A stretch of DNA of 64,000 bases, from NCBI GenBank assembly GCA_963785725.1, contig CAWAWS010000003.1:499449-563448 (forward strand). The letters run 5' to 3'. Positions 18,490 through 28,971 of this stretch are shown in pieces. A program made the position numbers and the translations under genes. The notes below the pieces were generated by a model. That model was not told the origin of the DNA, searched no databases, and saw nothing but the letters and a program-made list of their open reading frames with translations. The DNA is from an uncultured delta proteobacterium (GTDB lineage: Bacteria > Myxococcota_A > Polyangia > Palsa-1104). Every line of letters starts with the position of its first letter. Within the stretch, counting starts at the first letter, position 1.

Positions 18490-20766
18490 ATGGGGCAGTG
18501 GATACGCAGTATCGTCATCGTCGCCGTCGTCGCCGGCACCGTCGCCGCCGACGCGCAATCGGCGCCGCCGTTCGAGCGCACCGAGCAGCGCGCCGCCTGT
18601 GCCAGCTACGCCCCGACGCGACAGCCGTTCTTCGGCGAGCTCCATATCCACACCCAATATTCGGCCGACGCCTCCACGCTCGACACGCGCAACACGCCGC
18701 GCGAGGCCTACGACTTCGCCAAGGGCAAGCTGGTCGGACTGCCGCCGTTCGTCAACACGCTGCGCAATACCACGCCGAACCCGTCGCCGCTGGCGCAAGT
18801 GTCGGCACACCCTTATTGCTTGCCGCCGCAGCAGTGCCAATACACGGCGACCCGTAGCGTTCAGCTGCACCGGCCGCTCGACTTCACTGCCGTCACCGAT
18901 CATTCGGAGTGGCTGGGCGAAGACGCCATCTGCTTCTACGAGCCGACGCAGAGTTGCACCACCGACTCCAACTGTCCCACCGGCCAGACCTGCGTCAGCA
19001 AGCTCTCGCCGGACGAGATCGGCCGCAACCAGGTCTGCGCGCCGCGCGGCTATCACGCCGAAGCGTGCATCTTGGCGCGCGAAGACGTGTCGCGCCTGCG
19101 CACCGGCCTCGGCTCGCAGCTCATCGGCAGCACTGTCATCGAGGAGAATCCGCGCCGGCTGCCGTTCTGTAAGGAGTCGGCGACGCCGACGCTGGACACC
19201 TGCACCTTTCAGGCGGGCAACATCTGGCAGCAGATCATCTCCGACGCCGAGGAGGCCTACGACCGCTCGGCGCAGTGCAGCTTCACCAGCTTCGTCGCCT
19301 ACGAATACACGAGCATGCCCGGCATGGGGCAGTGCGCCGGCACCAACGCGCCCTGCTTCGCCGACGCCGACTGCGGCGGCAGCAGCTGTCAGCCCAACGC
19401 CGGTGGCGGCAACAACCTGCATCGCAACATCATCTTCCGCAACCTGAACGTGCCCGACCTGCCCATCAGCTACGTCGAGGTGCCGACCGGCTGCGGCAAG
19501 GGCTCGAGCTGCGATCACGGTGGCCCGCTGGCCTCGCCGGTGCAGATGTTGGACGCGCTGCACGGCGCCTGCAACAAGAGCAACGGCTGCGACTTTTTGT
19601 CCATCCCGCACAACTCGAACCTCTCGGGCGGCGCCATGTTCCTCTTACCCGAGAGCGAGCACGAGGCGCGCGTGCGCAATGAGTTCGAGCCGCTGGTCGA
19701 GATCTTCCAGATCAAGGGCGGCTCCGAGTGCCGCTACTCGGCGCAGCATCCGGGCGCCTGGGACACGCTCGACGAGCTGTGCAACTTCGAGAACATGAGC
19801 TACGGCAAGCTGGCGGCGCCGTTCGTGACCGATCCGACGCCGGCGCAGATCCCGACGTCGAGCTACGTGCGCAACGCGCTCAAGCTGGGCCTGGCCTACG
19901 CCGACCAGCACCAGGGCGTCAACCCGTTCCAGCTCGGCTTCGCCGGCGCCACCGACTCGCACAACGGCACGCCCGGCGCCACCGAGGCGGCTACCTACAG
20001 CAAGGCAGCCGGCCACGGCGACGTCAGCTTCGCCGTCTCGGGCGAGGCGCTCAACGAGGCGCTCTTCGTCGGGCTGGAGACCAACGGCGGCGGCCTGACC
20101 GTCGCCTGGTCGGAGGAGAACTCGCGCGACAGCATCTTCGCCGCGCTCAAGCGGCGCGAGACCTACGCCACGTCGGGCACGCGGCCGATCGTGCGCTTCT
20201 TCGGCGGCTTCGGGTTGCCGCGCGGGCTGTGCGGCCAGGGCGACTTCGCCGCGCGCGGCTACGCCAACGGCGTGCCCATGGGCGGCACGCTCAGCGGCGG
20301 CAACGGCCGCGCGCCCAGCTTCGCCGTCTCGGCGCTGCGCGATCCCGACAGCTCGGCGCTGACCAAGGCGCAGATCGTCAAAGGCTGGGTCGACGCCAAC
20401 GGCCAGACGCACGAGAAGGTGTACGACGTGGCCGGCGACACGCGCCCACGCGGCGACGTCGATCTGCGCAGCTGCCAGCCGACCGGCCACGGCTACGGCG
20501 ACCTGTGCGCGGTGTGGACCGATCCCGACTTCCACCCGCACGATCGCGCCTTCTATTACGTGCGCGTGGTCGAGAACCCGAGCTGCCGCTGGAACCAGTA
20601 TTACTGCCTGCAGCGCGGTGTCGACTGCTCGCAGCCGCCGCAGACCAACAACCCGCTGGTCAACTACACGGCCTGGGATTACCAGCAGTGCTGCGCCAAC
20701 CTGGTGCCGGAGAAGGTGCAGCAGCGCGCCTGGACGTCCCCCATTTGGTACGCGCAGAGCCATTGA
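18490..20766 (+). CDS. DUF3604 family secreted PHP-like metallohydrolase
   Basis: FFGELHIHT.YS.DA, LDF.AVTDHSE, NLHRN, IPHNSN, TDSH, RETYATSG, RAWTSPIWY. Confidence 0.9.
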   Translation: MGQWIRSIVIVAVVAGTVAADAQSAPPFERTEQRAACASYAPTRQPFFGELHIHTQYSADASTLDTRNTPREAYDFAKGKLVGLPPFVNTLRNTTPNPSPLAQVSAHPYCLPPQQCQYTATRSVQLHRPLDFTAVTDHSEWLGEDAICFYEPTQSCTTDSNCPTGQTCVSKLSPDEIGRNQVCAPRGYHAEACILAREDVSRLRTGLGSQLIGSTVIEENPRRLPFCKESATPTLDTCTFQAGNIWQQIISDAEEAYDRSAQCSFTSFVAYEYTSMPGMGQCAGTNAPCFADADCGGSSCQPNAGGGNNLHRNIIFRNLNVPDLPISYVEVPTGCGKGSSCDHGGPLASPVQMLDALHGACNKSNGCDFLSIPHNSNLSGGAMFLLPESEHEARVRNEFEPLVEIFQIKGGSECRYSAQHPGAWDTLDELCNFENMSYGKLAAPFVTDPTPAQIPTSSYVRNALKLGLAYADQHQGVNPFQLGFAGATDSHNGTPGATEAATYSKAAGHGDVSFAVSGEALNEALFVGLETNGGGLTVAWSEENSRDSIFAALKRRETYATSGTRPIVRFFGGFGLPRGLCGQGDFAARGYANGVPMGGTLSGGNGRAPSFAVSALRDPDSSALTKAQIVKGWVDANGQTHEKVYDVAGDTRPRGDVDLRSCQPTGHGYGDLCAVWTDPDFHPHDRAFYYVRVVENPSCRWNQYYCLQRGVDCSQPPQTNNPLVNYTAWDYQQCCANLVPEKVQQRAWTSPIWYAQSH

Positions 20767-20768
20767 CG

Positions 20769-21803
20769 ATGGGGCGCCTATTGCGAATGCCGCTGGTGCA
20801 CTTCGTTCTGCTGGGCGGCGCGCTGTACGGCGGCGCGCGCTTCGTCGGCGACGGGCGGCCGCCGCCGGCCGACGGCGGCCCGGTGGTCGTCGACGCCGCG
20901 CGCCTCGAGCGGCTGGCCGCCGACTACGCGCGCGAAGCGGGCACGCCGCCGACGCGCGCGCAGCTGGAAGGGCTGGTGGCGCAGACCGTCGACGACGAGC
21001 TGCTCTTCCGAGCCGCGCGCGCCGCGCGGCTCGACGTCGAAGATCGCAGCGTGCGCCTGCGCCTGGTGCAGAAGATGCGCGCCATCAGCGACGATCCGCG
21101 GCTCGTCGACGAGGCGCTCTATCGCGCGGCGCTGACGCTGGGCCTCGACGACGACCTGGTGGTGCGCCGCATCCTGGCGGAGAAGATGCGCCTCTTGCTG
21201 GCGGCCGACGCGCACGCCGCGCCGCCAGCCGACGCCGAGCTGAGCGCCTGGATGGAGGCGCATCGCGCCGACTACGAGATGTCGGCCGCGGTCAGCTTCA
21301 CGCAGCTGTTCCTGAGCGCGCGCAGGCACGGGGCGCGGCTCGACGCCGACGCGGCGGCGCTGGGGCGGTGGCTGCGCCGCGCCGATCCGCCGCCCGATCG
21401 CGCGGCCGCGCGCTCCGATCCGTTTCCGCTGGGCACGACGATGCGGGCGCGGTCGCGCGCCGAGATCGAGCGGCAGCTGGGCGACGCGCTGGCCACGGCG
21501 GTGATGGCGCTGCCGGTCGGGCGCTGGTCGGAGCCGCTGCCGTCGCCGTTCGGCCTGCACCTGGTGCGCGTCGACGAGCGCCGGCCGGCGGCGCTGCTAC
21601 CGCTCGACGCCGTGCGCCGGCAGGTGCGGCTGGCGGTCGAGCAGTCGCGGGCGCAAGCGCGGCTGCAGGCGGCGCTGACGCGGCTGCGCGGACGCTACGA
21701 GGTGCGCGTCGACGAACGCGCGCTGCCCGAGGCGATCGCGGCCGCGGCGCGGCTGCCGCTGGCGCCGCTGGCCAGCGCGGTCGGCACGCGAGGCGCGCCA
21801 TGA
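20769..21803 (+). CDS. Parvulin-like (Rotamase_2) protein
   Basis: PLVHF.LLG anchor, DELL.R.A, WSEP.PSPFGLHLV. Confidence 0.85.
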   Translation: MGRLLRMPLVHFVLLGGALYGGARFVGDGRPPPADGGPVVVDAARLERLAADYAREAGTPPTRAQLEGLVAQTVDDELLFRAARAARLDVEDRSVRLRLVQKMRAISDDPRLVDEALYRAALTLGLDDDLVVRRILAEKMRLLLAADAHAAPPADAELSAWMEAHRADYEMSAAVSFTQLFLSARRHGARLDADAAALGRWLRRADPPPDRAAARSDPFPLGTTMRARSRAEIERQLGDALATAVMALPVGRWSEPLPSPFGLHLVRVDERRPAALLPLDAVRRQVRLAVEQSRAQARLQAALTRLRGRYEVRVDERALPEAIAAAARLPLAPLASAVGTRGAP

Positions 21804-22807
21804 GCCGCCGTTCGCCCGCCGGCGGGCCGCTCGCCCTCGCGCCGCTCGCCTTGGCCGCGCTCGTCGCCGTCGCCACACCGGCGCGGGCTCATCCGCTCAA
21901 CCCCGCGCTGCTCGACGTCCACGAGCGCGGCGACGGCAGCTGCGATGTGCGCTGGCGCGTGCCCGTCGCCGGGCCGGTGCTGGCGCCGATCACACCCGAG
22001 CTGCCGGCCGGATGGCGCGTGCGCGAGGCGCCGCAGAGCGAGCTGGTGGCGGCCGGGCAGAGCGTCGGCACGCGCTGGCGCGTCGACTGCGGCCCCGCCG
22101 GCCTGGTCGGCGCGCGGCTGGCGGTGGCCGGCCTCGACGCGCGCCGCACCGACGCGCTGGTCCGCGTCGCCCGCGCCGACGGCACGACGCTGCAGGCGGT
22201 GCTGCGTCCGGGAGCGGCTGCGTTCGTGATCGCGCCGCTGCGCTCGAGCGGCGGCGTGTTCCGCGCCTACCTGACGCTGGGCGTGCGCCACATCCTGTCC
22301 GGCGCCGACCACCTGCTGTTCGTGCTCGGCCTCTTGCTGCTGGTCGGCGATCGCCGGCGCCTGTTGTGGACGGTGACCGCCTTCACCGCCGGCCACAGCG
22401 TCACGCTGTCGCTGGCGGCGCTGGGCGTGGTGCGCGCGCCGCCACGTCCGGTCGAGCTCTTGATCGCGATGACCATCCTGGTGGTCGGCGTCGAGCTGAC
22501 CTTGCCGGCGACGGCGCGGCGGCTGGGGCCGCGGCCGTGGCGGATCGCGTTCCTGTTCGGGCTGCTGCACGGCCTCGGCTTCGCCGGCGCGCTGGCGCAG
22601 GTGGGGCTGCCGCCGCGGGAGATTCCGCTGGCGCTGCTGTCGTTCAACATCGGCATCGAGCTGGGCCAGCTGGCGTTCATCGGCGTCGTGCTCGCACTGC
22701 AGCGCGCCTGGCAGGCGCGACCGCTGATGCGCGCGCGCTGGCTCGTGCGGCTGCCGCCCTACGTCATCGGATCGCTGGCCGTGTTCTGGATCCTGCAGCG
22801 CCTGTGA
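21800..22807 (+). CDS. HupE/UreJ family protein
   Basis: LGV.HIL.G.DHLLF, TAFT.GHSVTL, FGLLHGLGFA, FNIGIELGQ. Confidence 0.92.
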   Translation: MSRRSPAGGPLALAPLALAALVAVATPARAHPLNPALLDVHERGDGSCDVRWRVPVAGPVLAPITPELPAGWRVREAPQSELVAAGQSVGTRWRVDCGPAGLVGARLAVAGLDARRTDALVRVARADGTTLQAVLRPGAAAFVIAPLRSSGGVFRAYLTLGVRHILSGADHLLFVLGLLLLVGDRRRLLWTVTAFTAGHSVTLSLAALGVVRAPPRPVELLIAMTILVVGVELTLPATARRLGPRPWRIAFLFGLLHGLGFAGALAQVGLPPREIPLALLSFNIGIELGQLAFIGVVLALQRAWQARPLMRARWLVRLPPYVIGSLAVFWILQRL

Positions 22808-22841
22808 CGAGGAGCGCGGCGCCTGCGCCGGTGAAGGTGCG

Positions 22842-23440
22842 TCAGCGGGCAGGCCGCGTCGTAGCCGCGCCGGTCGAGCGACCGACGATCAGCCGGGAAT
22901 GTGGCTCGACCGCGCCGCCGCTGCCACGGCGTCGTCGGCCTGCTCGACCTCCAACTCCACCTCGGCCGCGCCCGACCTGGCACACGCGCAAGTCGTAGTC
23001 GGTCCTAGGATGTGAGTGCCCATTGGGGTACCTACACATTTTGGGTTGCGGAAGCTCACATCGTGCAAGTTGGGCGCCCGTGTTGTGGAGCTCGACGTTG
23101 CTCGTCGAACCGATACAGCTATTCTCGATCGGCCACACGTCACCAAGTCGATCGGCCTTCGACTTGTTTCGTCTTGGCTGAAAACGGTGAATACCGAGAC
23201 ACTCGAGCGCTGGCAGAGCACGAGCACCAAGCGCTTGATCCACATGGACGCGTGTCGCAGACGAGAACCAATATTGATCGAAATGCGAGGACGGACGACT
23301 GCCGCCAGCGCCCGTCTTGCCTACGTACTCGCAGCGACGGCCACTCCAAAACACGTAGATGCAGTTGGCAGAGTGGCAGCTCTCCGCGAACCATCTTTTG
23401 ATGGTGCTCCTCTTCTTTTCAATACCCAGCCCTTAAAATA
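22842..23440 (-). pseudogene. GIY-YIG-like nuclease fragment
   Basis: CIYVFW...YVGKT...R..SH...LECL.IH.FQP..NK; no proper start (stop/frameshift near 23430); 3' limit uncertain. Confidence 0.5.
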
Positions 23441-23518
23441 ACGGCGCGCTCGTATGCGGCGGCGACAACTGCCCGCCCCACAGCGTCGTAGAGGCCGCCA
23501 CGTGTTCCCGATTTTCGC

Positions 23519-24397
23519 TTAATCCGTTCCCTCGCTGGAATCGATCTCCTCTTGGACGTGCTGCAGGTCGAGGGCTAACTTCGCGAGGGCGGCGCTCAGC
23601 TCGCCGAGCATGGCGGCGCGGTCGCCCAGCACGCGCCCGTCGACTTTGCTGACTGTTCCCAGCGGAGACGTGAGGATCTCCATTCGGCGTTGCGCAGCGT
23701 CGCGATTAGGGGGGAGGAAACCCAGTCTGGTCCACTTGTCGATCAACAAGTCGCGGGCCGACTGTTTGTCGCCAGGCAGCTTGGTGTTCAGGTACTGCCA
23801 AATGAATTCCGGATACTCGCTCCCCGGGGTAGGCGGTCGGTCGAGAATCCGCGCCAGCAAACCAGTGTCGATGGTCGCCGGCAGCCGGCTCGCCGTCGGT
23901 ACCGAAAGCGCGGCAGTGCCGAGTATCAGCAATACGCCGGCACCTCCGATGAGCAGCCCTGTGCCTGCGTGGCTCAGCTCCGGATTGGGTGGCTGATAGC
24001 TTGCCGCCAGCACCATCGACGTGCCGACGACGATGAGCGCGTTGCCGGCGGTCACGGCGGCCGCCGTGAGCGTCCCGGATGTCGAGACGCGGCGGTTAAC
24101 GACAAAGTCGTGCCCATTCAAGGACTGCGCCTCCTCATAGCGGAGTCGCCCCAGGAAACCTTCTAGCCCGAGCTGCAACGTCGCCGTCTGCCGCGTGGCC
24201 TTCTCGAGGAGACGCAAGCGCTCGATGGACGTTTCGGGCGTCTGCGCCGGCGGCGCGTTCTGGATTCGTTCCACGATGGACTGCAGATGCAGGATTTCAC
24301 TGACGTGCGTGGTGCGATCGCTGGACTCGGATGGCTTCGCGTCAGCCGCTGCACACCAGCTGATCGACAGCCAAACCGTGATGATTCGGAAACGCAT
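23519..24397 (-). CDS. Exported hypothetical protein with a central hydrophobic hairpin
   Basis: 292-aa ORF, signal peptide (AADA), two Gly/Ala-rich hydrophobic segments. Confidence 0.65.
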   Translation of the reverse strand: MRFRIITVWLSISWCAAADAKPSESSDRTTHVSEILHLQSIVERIQNAPPAQTPETSIERLRLLEKATRQTATLQLGLEGFLGRLRYEEAQSLNGHDFVVNRRVSTSGTLTAAAVTAGNALIVVGTSMVLAASYQPPNPELSHAGTGLLIGGAGVLLILGTAALSVPTASRLPATIDTGLLARILDRPPTPGSEYPEFIWQYLNTKLPGDKQSARDLLIDKWTRLGFLPPNRDAAQRRMEILTSPLGTVSKVDGRVLGDRAAMLGELSAALAKLALDLQHVQEEIDSSEGTD

Positions 24398-24612
24398 GCA
24401 CCGTTCCTCTGCACGCGCGCCCTTCCGTCAATCAGTCTGGAGCACCAGACGGGCGACGAGCTGAATCGGCACCGCGTCTCCGACGGCGACGTCGCCGCGG
24501 CGCCGCTCACATCGTCTGTATTCGCGCCAGGGAAGTGTGCTCGAAGAGCATAAGCGTTCGGCGAACCGCGTCGTGACGCCGGTGGTGGTGCGAGAGGAGA
24601 TCAACTCGCTGC

Positions 24613-24880
24613 ATGCGACGAGCGCCACGAGAAGTGTGGATTAAGCGGGTCGAGCGCTGGCGTGACAGCGGCCTGAGCGCGAAGGAACTCGCTGAGCAGG
24701 CCGGCGTGGACTCGGACCGACTTCGGCATTGGAAATAGCGGCTCTCGCCAGGGAGAGTATTGAGCCGAAGGAGGCGACAGTCGCAGCAGCTGCGGTTGCA
24801 GCGCCGTTCGCGTTCGTCGAGGTGACGCCAACGCCGCCTCACGATCGCGACGACGAGGTGACCGAGATCGTGGCTTCGGG
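24613..24880 (+). pseudogene. IS66 TnpA-like accessory gene remnant
   Basis: MRRAPREVW.KRVERWRDSGLSAKE.A...GV....L.HWK, then TAG; no tnpB/tnpC follows. Confidence 0.6.
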
Positions 24881-25295
24881 TGGCTTCCGCATTCGAGTGC
24901 CTTAAAGATGATTCTGACGCGATCCGCCACTCGACCGTCCCGAACGGCGCGCGACCGCCCCACGAGGCGGCGCGCGACGATGGGCGACCCCATTCGCGTG
25001 CGCACGGCTGGCACCGTCATCGTTCGCCAGTGTCCCGAAGCCGCCAAACCTTCCTTCCTTTTTGGGACTCATGGTTTCGACCGCGATCGCCACGCCGCAG
25101 CGCTTCGCGAAAGAGGACGACGGTGCCTGCGCTTGTCAGCGGAGGAGTGCCAAAGAATCGAGAAGGTGTCCTCGGCATCAAAGCCGGCGAGCTTGCACAT
25201 TGCGCGAGGTTGGAGGCACCGCGCGTTCACACCGTTGCCAGTGATCCGGTTCGACTCGTTTTCCGCACGAAGACTTGGTGCGTGGCTCGCCTCTA

Positions 25296-26063
25296 TTACT
25301 TGGCGGCCACCTTGGAGCAGAGAATCCCTTTGTCTTCGGCCGAACCGCCGCCACGCGGGCTGAGCGGACCCGAGAACGACTTGCCCTTGCCGTGCTGCAA
25401 CCACAGCTCGTCGTGCATCTGGCAGCTGCCGTCAGGCTGCTTGTTGACGACGGTGGCGTTCAAGTCGCGGCCGGTGACCCGCCCGAACGCGTCTTTCTCG
25501 TACTCGTCCGCCCAGCGACCGAGGATGACCTTCAGGACCTTGCCCGGCGCATAATCTTTCGCATACGCCTTGGCGACCGCGCTCTCGAGCGCCGCATTGT
25601 GCATCAGCGCCTTGGGCAGCTCGGCGCTAGCGGCTGCCGCTGCCGCCGCCGCTGCCGCTGCCGCCTTCGACTCTTCCTTCTGCTTTGCCAGATCCGCCTC
25701 TCGCTTCTTGCCGTTGCGGTCGTTGATGACTTGGTCCGAGATTCCTGAAAAGGCGTCGCTAAAGCAGAGGGCCTTCGTGTCACCGTGGGTGATGTCCGGG
25801 TCCTTCAGCCGGTGATACATCTGTGGGTCGTTTTCGCAGATCGGGATACGCTTCTCGATCTCGGCCTTGCACTCGTCCGAGATGCCCGTGCCGCTCTTCC
25901 TAGCGGCGGCGGCCCATTTCCAGGAGCCTAAGTCGCGGGAGGCATCGACCTCTTTTTCGCATTTGTAAGCGTCTGCGAGCGTGCCCCACGCTGCCTGCGC
26001 GACCGTGGTATAGCCGCCCGCGATGGCGAGCATGACCGACAACTGAACGATCCGACGATTCAT
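25296..26063 (-). CDS. Secreted two-domain hypothetical protein
   Basis: AAAGGTGG RBS, signal peptide AQA, Cys-containing helical domain, poly-Ala linker, beta-rich C-terminal domain. Confidence 0.75.
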   Translation of the reverse strand: MNRRIVQLSVMLAIAGGYTTVAQAAWGTLADAYKCEKEVDASRDLGSWKWAAAARKSGTGISDECKAEIEKRIPICENDPQMYHRLKDPDITHGDTKALCFSDAFSGISDQVINDRNGKKREADLAKQKEESKAAAAAAAAAAAASAELPKALMHNAALESAVAKAYAKDYAPGKVLKVILGRWADEYEKDAFGRVTGRDLNATVVNKQPDGSCQMHDELWLQHGKGKSFSGPLSPRGGGSAEDKGILCSKVAAK

Positions 26064-26108
26064 TGATCCACCTTTGAAGCCGCGCCAACTGCCTAAGCGC
26101 GGAAAGTT

Positions 26109-26150
26109 GACGACGGAGCCGGCAGCCTCGAAGCCGCCGGCTCCGTCGTC
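26109..26150 (-). terminator. Strong hairpin, probable terminator or transcript-stabilising stem
   Basis: Perfect 15-bp inverted repeat GACGACGGAGCCGGC...GCCGGCTCCGTCGTC about 30 nt after the 26182 stop; weak U-tract. Confidence 0.6.
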
Positions 26151-26181
26151 GGTTGGTTGCTTCCTTTAGTCCTCGGACGGA

Positions 26182-27573
26182 TTACTTGGTAGCCCCGGTC
26201 GTGCTGTACAAGAGAACGCCGTTCTCGCCGCCCACCCACACGTGCGTCGCGTCGAGCGCGAAGCCGCTGAACAGCTTCTGCGGCGCGGCGATGGTGCCGA
26301 TGCCCGCGAGGCTGTCCGAGATGTCGCTCCAGGTCTTGCCGCCGTCGGTCGACTTCAAGAGCAGCGGCGAGATTTCGTTGCCCTTGTAGCCGACGACGTA
26401 GCCGGTCTGGTTGTCGGGCGCGAAGAACGCGTCGCGCAAGCTGACTTTGGCGCCCGCCGCGAGCAGCGCGGCCGGGAGCGTGCCCGCCGTCCAGGTCACG
26501 CCGCCATCGACGGTGTAATAGACGAACGCCGAGCCGTCCTCGAGATCCTCGCCGAAATAGGTCCAGCCGTGCAGCTTGTCGGTGAACGCGAGGCCGGTCG
26601 GGCCGTACTGATCGCCATCGCCGTCGACGGGCGGGTTCGGCAGGTCATGCTCGATGTACGTCGCGCCGCCGTCGTTGCTGACGCAGATGCCGCTGACGAG
26701 GCGCAGCGGATACGCGATCGTCGAGCCATCGGGGCTGATATAGGCCAAACGGTTCGGCAGCTGATACGGCGTCGCCGGATCGACCGTCGTCTGGCACGAC
26801 GGCGACGGCGGCAGCGGAAACGGCACGGACGGCGTCGCTTCCGGATCCCAAACCGTCGTCCACGTCGACGCCGTGTCGAGCGAGCCGCCCGTCGACCAGA
26901 TGGCGTCGTCGGTCATGATCCACCAGCCAGTGCCGGACGGCATCGGCGCGGCCGCTTCGAGGCCCGCCAAGCCGAGATCGTCGTTCGTGTAGGGCGTCTT
27001 CTGCTGCCAAGAGGCGCCGTTATCGGTGCTGATCGTGAAGTCTTGCAGGATGGTGCTGGCGATGATCGTGTTGTTGCCGACGACGAGCAGGTCGTGGAAG
27101 CTGACGTCGTTTTCGCTGCCGTCGCTCAACGTCTGATGGCCGGAGTAGGTCTGCTTGGTGATCGCGGTGCCGCTGGCGACGAAGAGGCCGCCGCCGGTGT
27201 CGAGGCCCGCCGTTTCGCCCTGGCTCGTCGCGACGACGCCGTGCGTGGCCGTGTCGTAATAGACGGCGGAGATGATGTCGGTCGCGTGCGAGATGGTGTT
27301 GTTCGGATCGCTCGTGTCGTCGGGCAGCGCCATGACGGTGAAAATGCCATTCGTGGCGGGACCGCTCGTGCTGCCGCCGCCGCCCGCAGTGCCGCCGCCG
27401 CCAGCCGTGCCGCTGCCGCCGGCCGTGCCGCTGCCGCCAGCCGTGCCGCTGCCGCCAGCCGTGCCGCTGCCGCCGCCACTGCTGCTGTTGGCGCTACCGC
27501 CGCATCCGCCGATGCCCGCGACGAAGGCCAAGGCCAAGAAACCCGAGCTCGCTTGATTAAGAAGACGCCTCAT
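26182..27573 (-). CDS. Lipoprotein with BNR/Asp-box beta-propeller (Ycf48-like)
   Basis: IGGC lipobox, (GTAGGS)n linker, repeated STDNG.SW / S.DGG.T[WY] Asp boxes. Confidence 0.85.
   Translation of the reverse strand: MRRLLNQASSGFLALAFVAGIGGCGGSANSSSGGGSGTAGGSGTAGGSGTAGGSGTAGGGGTAGGGGSTSGPATNGIFTVMALPDDTSDPNNTISHATDIISAVYYDTATHGVVATSQGETAGLDTGGGLFVASGTAITKQTYSGHQTLSDGSENDVSFHDLLVVGNNTIIASTILQDFTISTDNGASWQQKTPYTNDDLGLAGLEAAAPMPSGTGWWIMTDDAIWSTGGSLDTASTWTTVWDPEATPSVPFPLPPSPSCQTTVDPATPYQLPNRLAYISPDGSTIAYPLRLVSGICVSNDGGATYIEHDLPNPPVDGDGDQYGPTGLAFTDKLHGWTYFGEDLEDGSAFVYYTVDGGVTWTAGTLPAALLAAGAKVSLRDAFFAPDNQTGYVVGYKGNEISPLLLKSTDGGKTWSDISDSLAGIGTIAAPQKLFSGFALDATHVWVGGENGVLLYSTTGATK
27370..27478. repeat. 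18-bp coding tandem repeat (GTAGGS linker)
   Basis: About 5 copies of GCCGTGCCGCTGCCGCCA/G. Confidence 0.85.
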
Positions 27574-27854
27574 TCAATTCTCCAATAGCAAAGCTGTTGA
27601 AGTGCGCTGCCGGTCACAGCGACCGGCTAATGTTTGGTTTTCGGCGGATGGTCTAAAAAGTTGCTAACCGAAATGATTTATTTGGCCCGCCGACTGATAT
27701 TCATTTCGCAATACGCGATCAACGCGCGCGACAAAGCGAGCCGAGAGACTACCTCGACGCGCAATTCGCGAAGCAGCATTGACATAGCGCCGCTAGAGCC
27801 GAGACACATGTACGGCGATCACAGCCCGTGCTCATCCGAACAAAATAGTGCGGG

Positions 27855-27972
27855 ATCGGCAGCCCTCGATGACTGCCGGGGCTTCTTGCCTGGTTCGAAA
27901 TCATTCCAAGGTCAGGCGTTCGCCGCGCAGTCGGCGGTTGAAGCCTTCGTCGGTGCCGTTCTGCCGCGATTC
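27855..27972 (-). pseudogene. IS3-family transposase C-terminal remnant
   Basis: Translates QNGTDEGFNRRLRGERLTLE*FRTRQEA.AVIEG, matching the IS3-family QNG..ESFN..LR.E.L..EWF motif with an internal stop. Confidence 0.7.
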
Positions 27973-28162
27973 AAACGCGATATGCGCGCCGTCGACGCCT
28001 TCTCATCAGCTCGTTGCCTTCAATTCCGCGAAGCACCCTTTCATGTCGCCCTACACTCCGCGCATCTTCCCTCGATTCGATTAGTGAAGCGTGGCAATGG
28101 CTTGATGCCGCCCCTTTGGCAGAGCGCCGCGCCCATAGCTTTTCAGCGCGAGCATTCCGACA

Positions 28163-28600
28163 TTAGCTAATGGGGATCGTAAAGTTGACCCACGCTGGCG
28201 TGTGGTTGCCGTCGCTGCCAGGCTGCCTGCAGAGGTATGAGGCAGGATACGACGTGATGTTGCCGCTACTATCGACGACGAGCGGTGTCACATAGAGCCG
28301 GACGGGATTGCGGTCGTCGCGACGTCGTTTCGCTTCGAAGAAAAGGTCACCCAATAATAAGTGGACCCGCCTGCGCTGGTCGAAGCCGGCGCCCATTTTG
28401 GACAGCTGTTCGTCAACCCGGGACTCGTTAGGTTCGCGCGGGCGGGCGGATCATTGGCAGCCAATCGCCTCGCCGTTCCGCCGCTCGACGGCACGACGAG
28501 CACCTCATCCAGCGGATTGGCCACACCGCTCGGCAGATTCGATTGCGTCGCAGAGTTGATTCGCGCGAATGCGATTCACTTATCGTCGTCGGACCCAGAC
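28163..28600 (-). pseudogene. TolB/PD40-like beta-propeller C-terminal fragment cut by the IS3 element
   Basis: DDK*IAFAR...VVPSSGG.A.RL.AND...NS.PKWAP...YWVTFSSKR, frameshift, then YL..QP...GNHTPAW; ends at the IS boundary. Confidence 0.7.
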
Positions 28601-28662
28601 TGGAGTTGCCCCGGCCTGGTGGACACCTGCGCTCAGTGAATTGAGCGTACAAAGGTGACCAG

Positions 28663-28971
28663 ATGACGAAGGAAGCAGGAAAGCGACCGCGGCGCACGCA
28701 TAGCCGCGAGTTCAAGAGCGAGGCAGCCGCGTTGGTGCGGACCGGCGGGCGCAGCGTGGCGCAGGTGGCAGAGGAGCTGGACGTGGCAGACAGCCTCGTC
28801 CGCTCGTGGGTGCAGCAGGCCGAGGTGGATGCCGGCCAACGCCCAGCGGACGCGCTGACGACGGCGGAGAAGGAAGAGCTTTCGCAGCTACGACGCGAGG
28901 TCAAAGTCCTGCGCATGGAGCGTGAGATTTTAAAAAGGGCGGCCACGTTCTTCGCCAAGGAGAACGCGTGA
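28663..28971 (+). CDS. IS3 transposase OrfA
   Basis: RR.HS.EFK.EA HTH, LRREV..LRMEREILKRA; TTTTAAAAAG slippery-like run at 28928-28937. Confidence 0.92.
   Translation: MTKEAGKRPRRTHSREFKSEAAALVRTGGRSVAQVAEELDVADSLVRSWVQQAEVDAGQRPADALTTAEKEELSQLRREVKVLRMEREILKRAATFFAKENA

Noticed and set aside
25630..25665. GCC/GCT triplet run as a regulatory repeat
   Set aside because: It encodes a poly-Ala linker within a CDS
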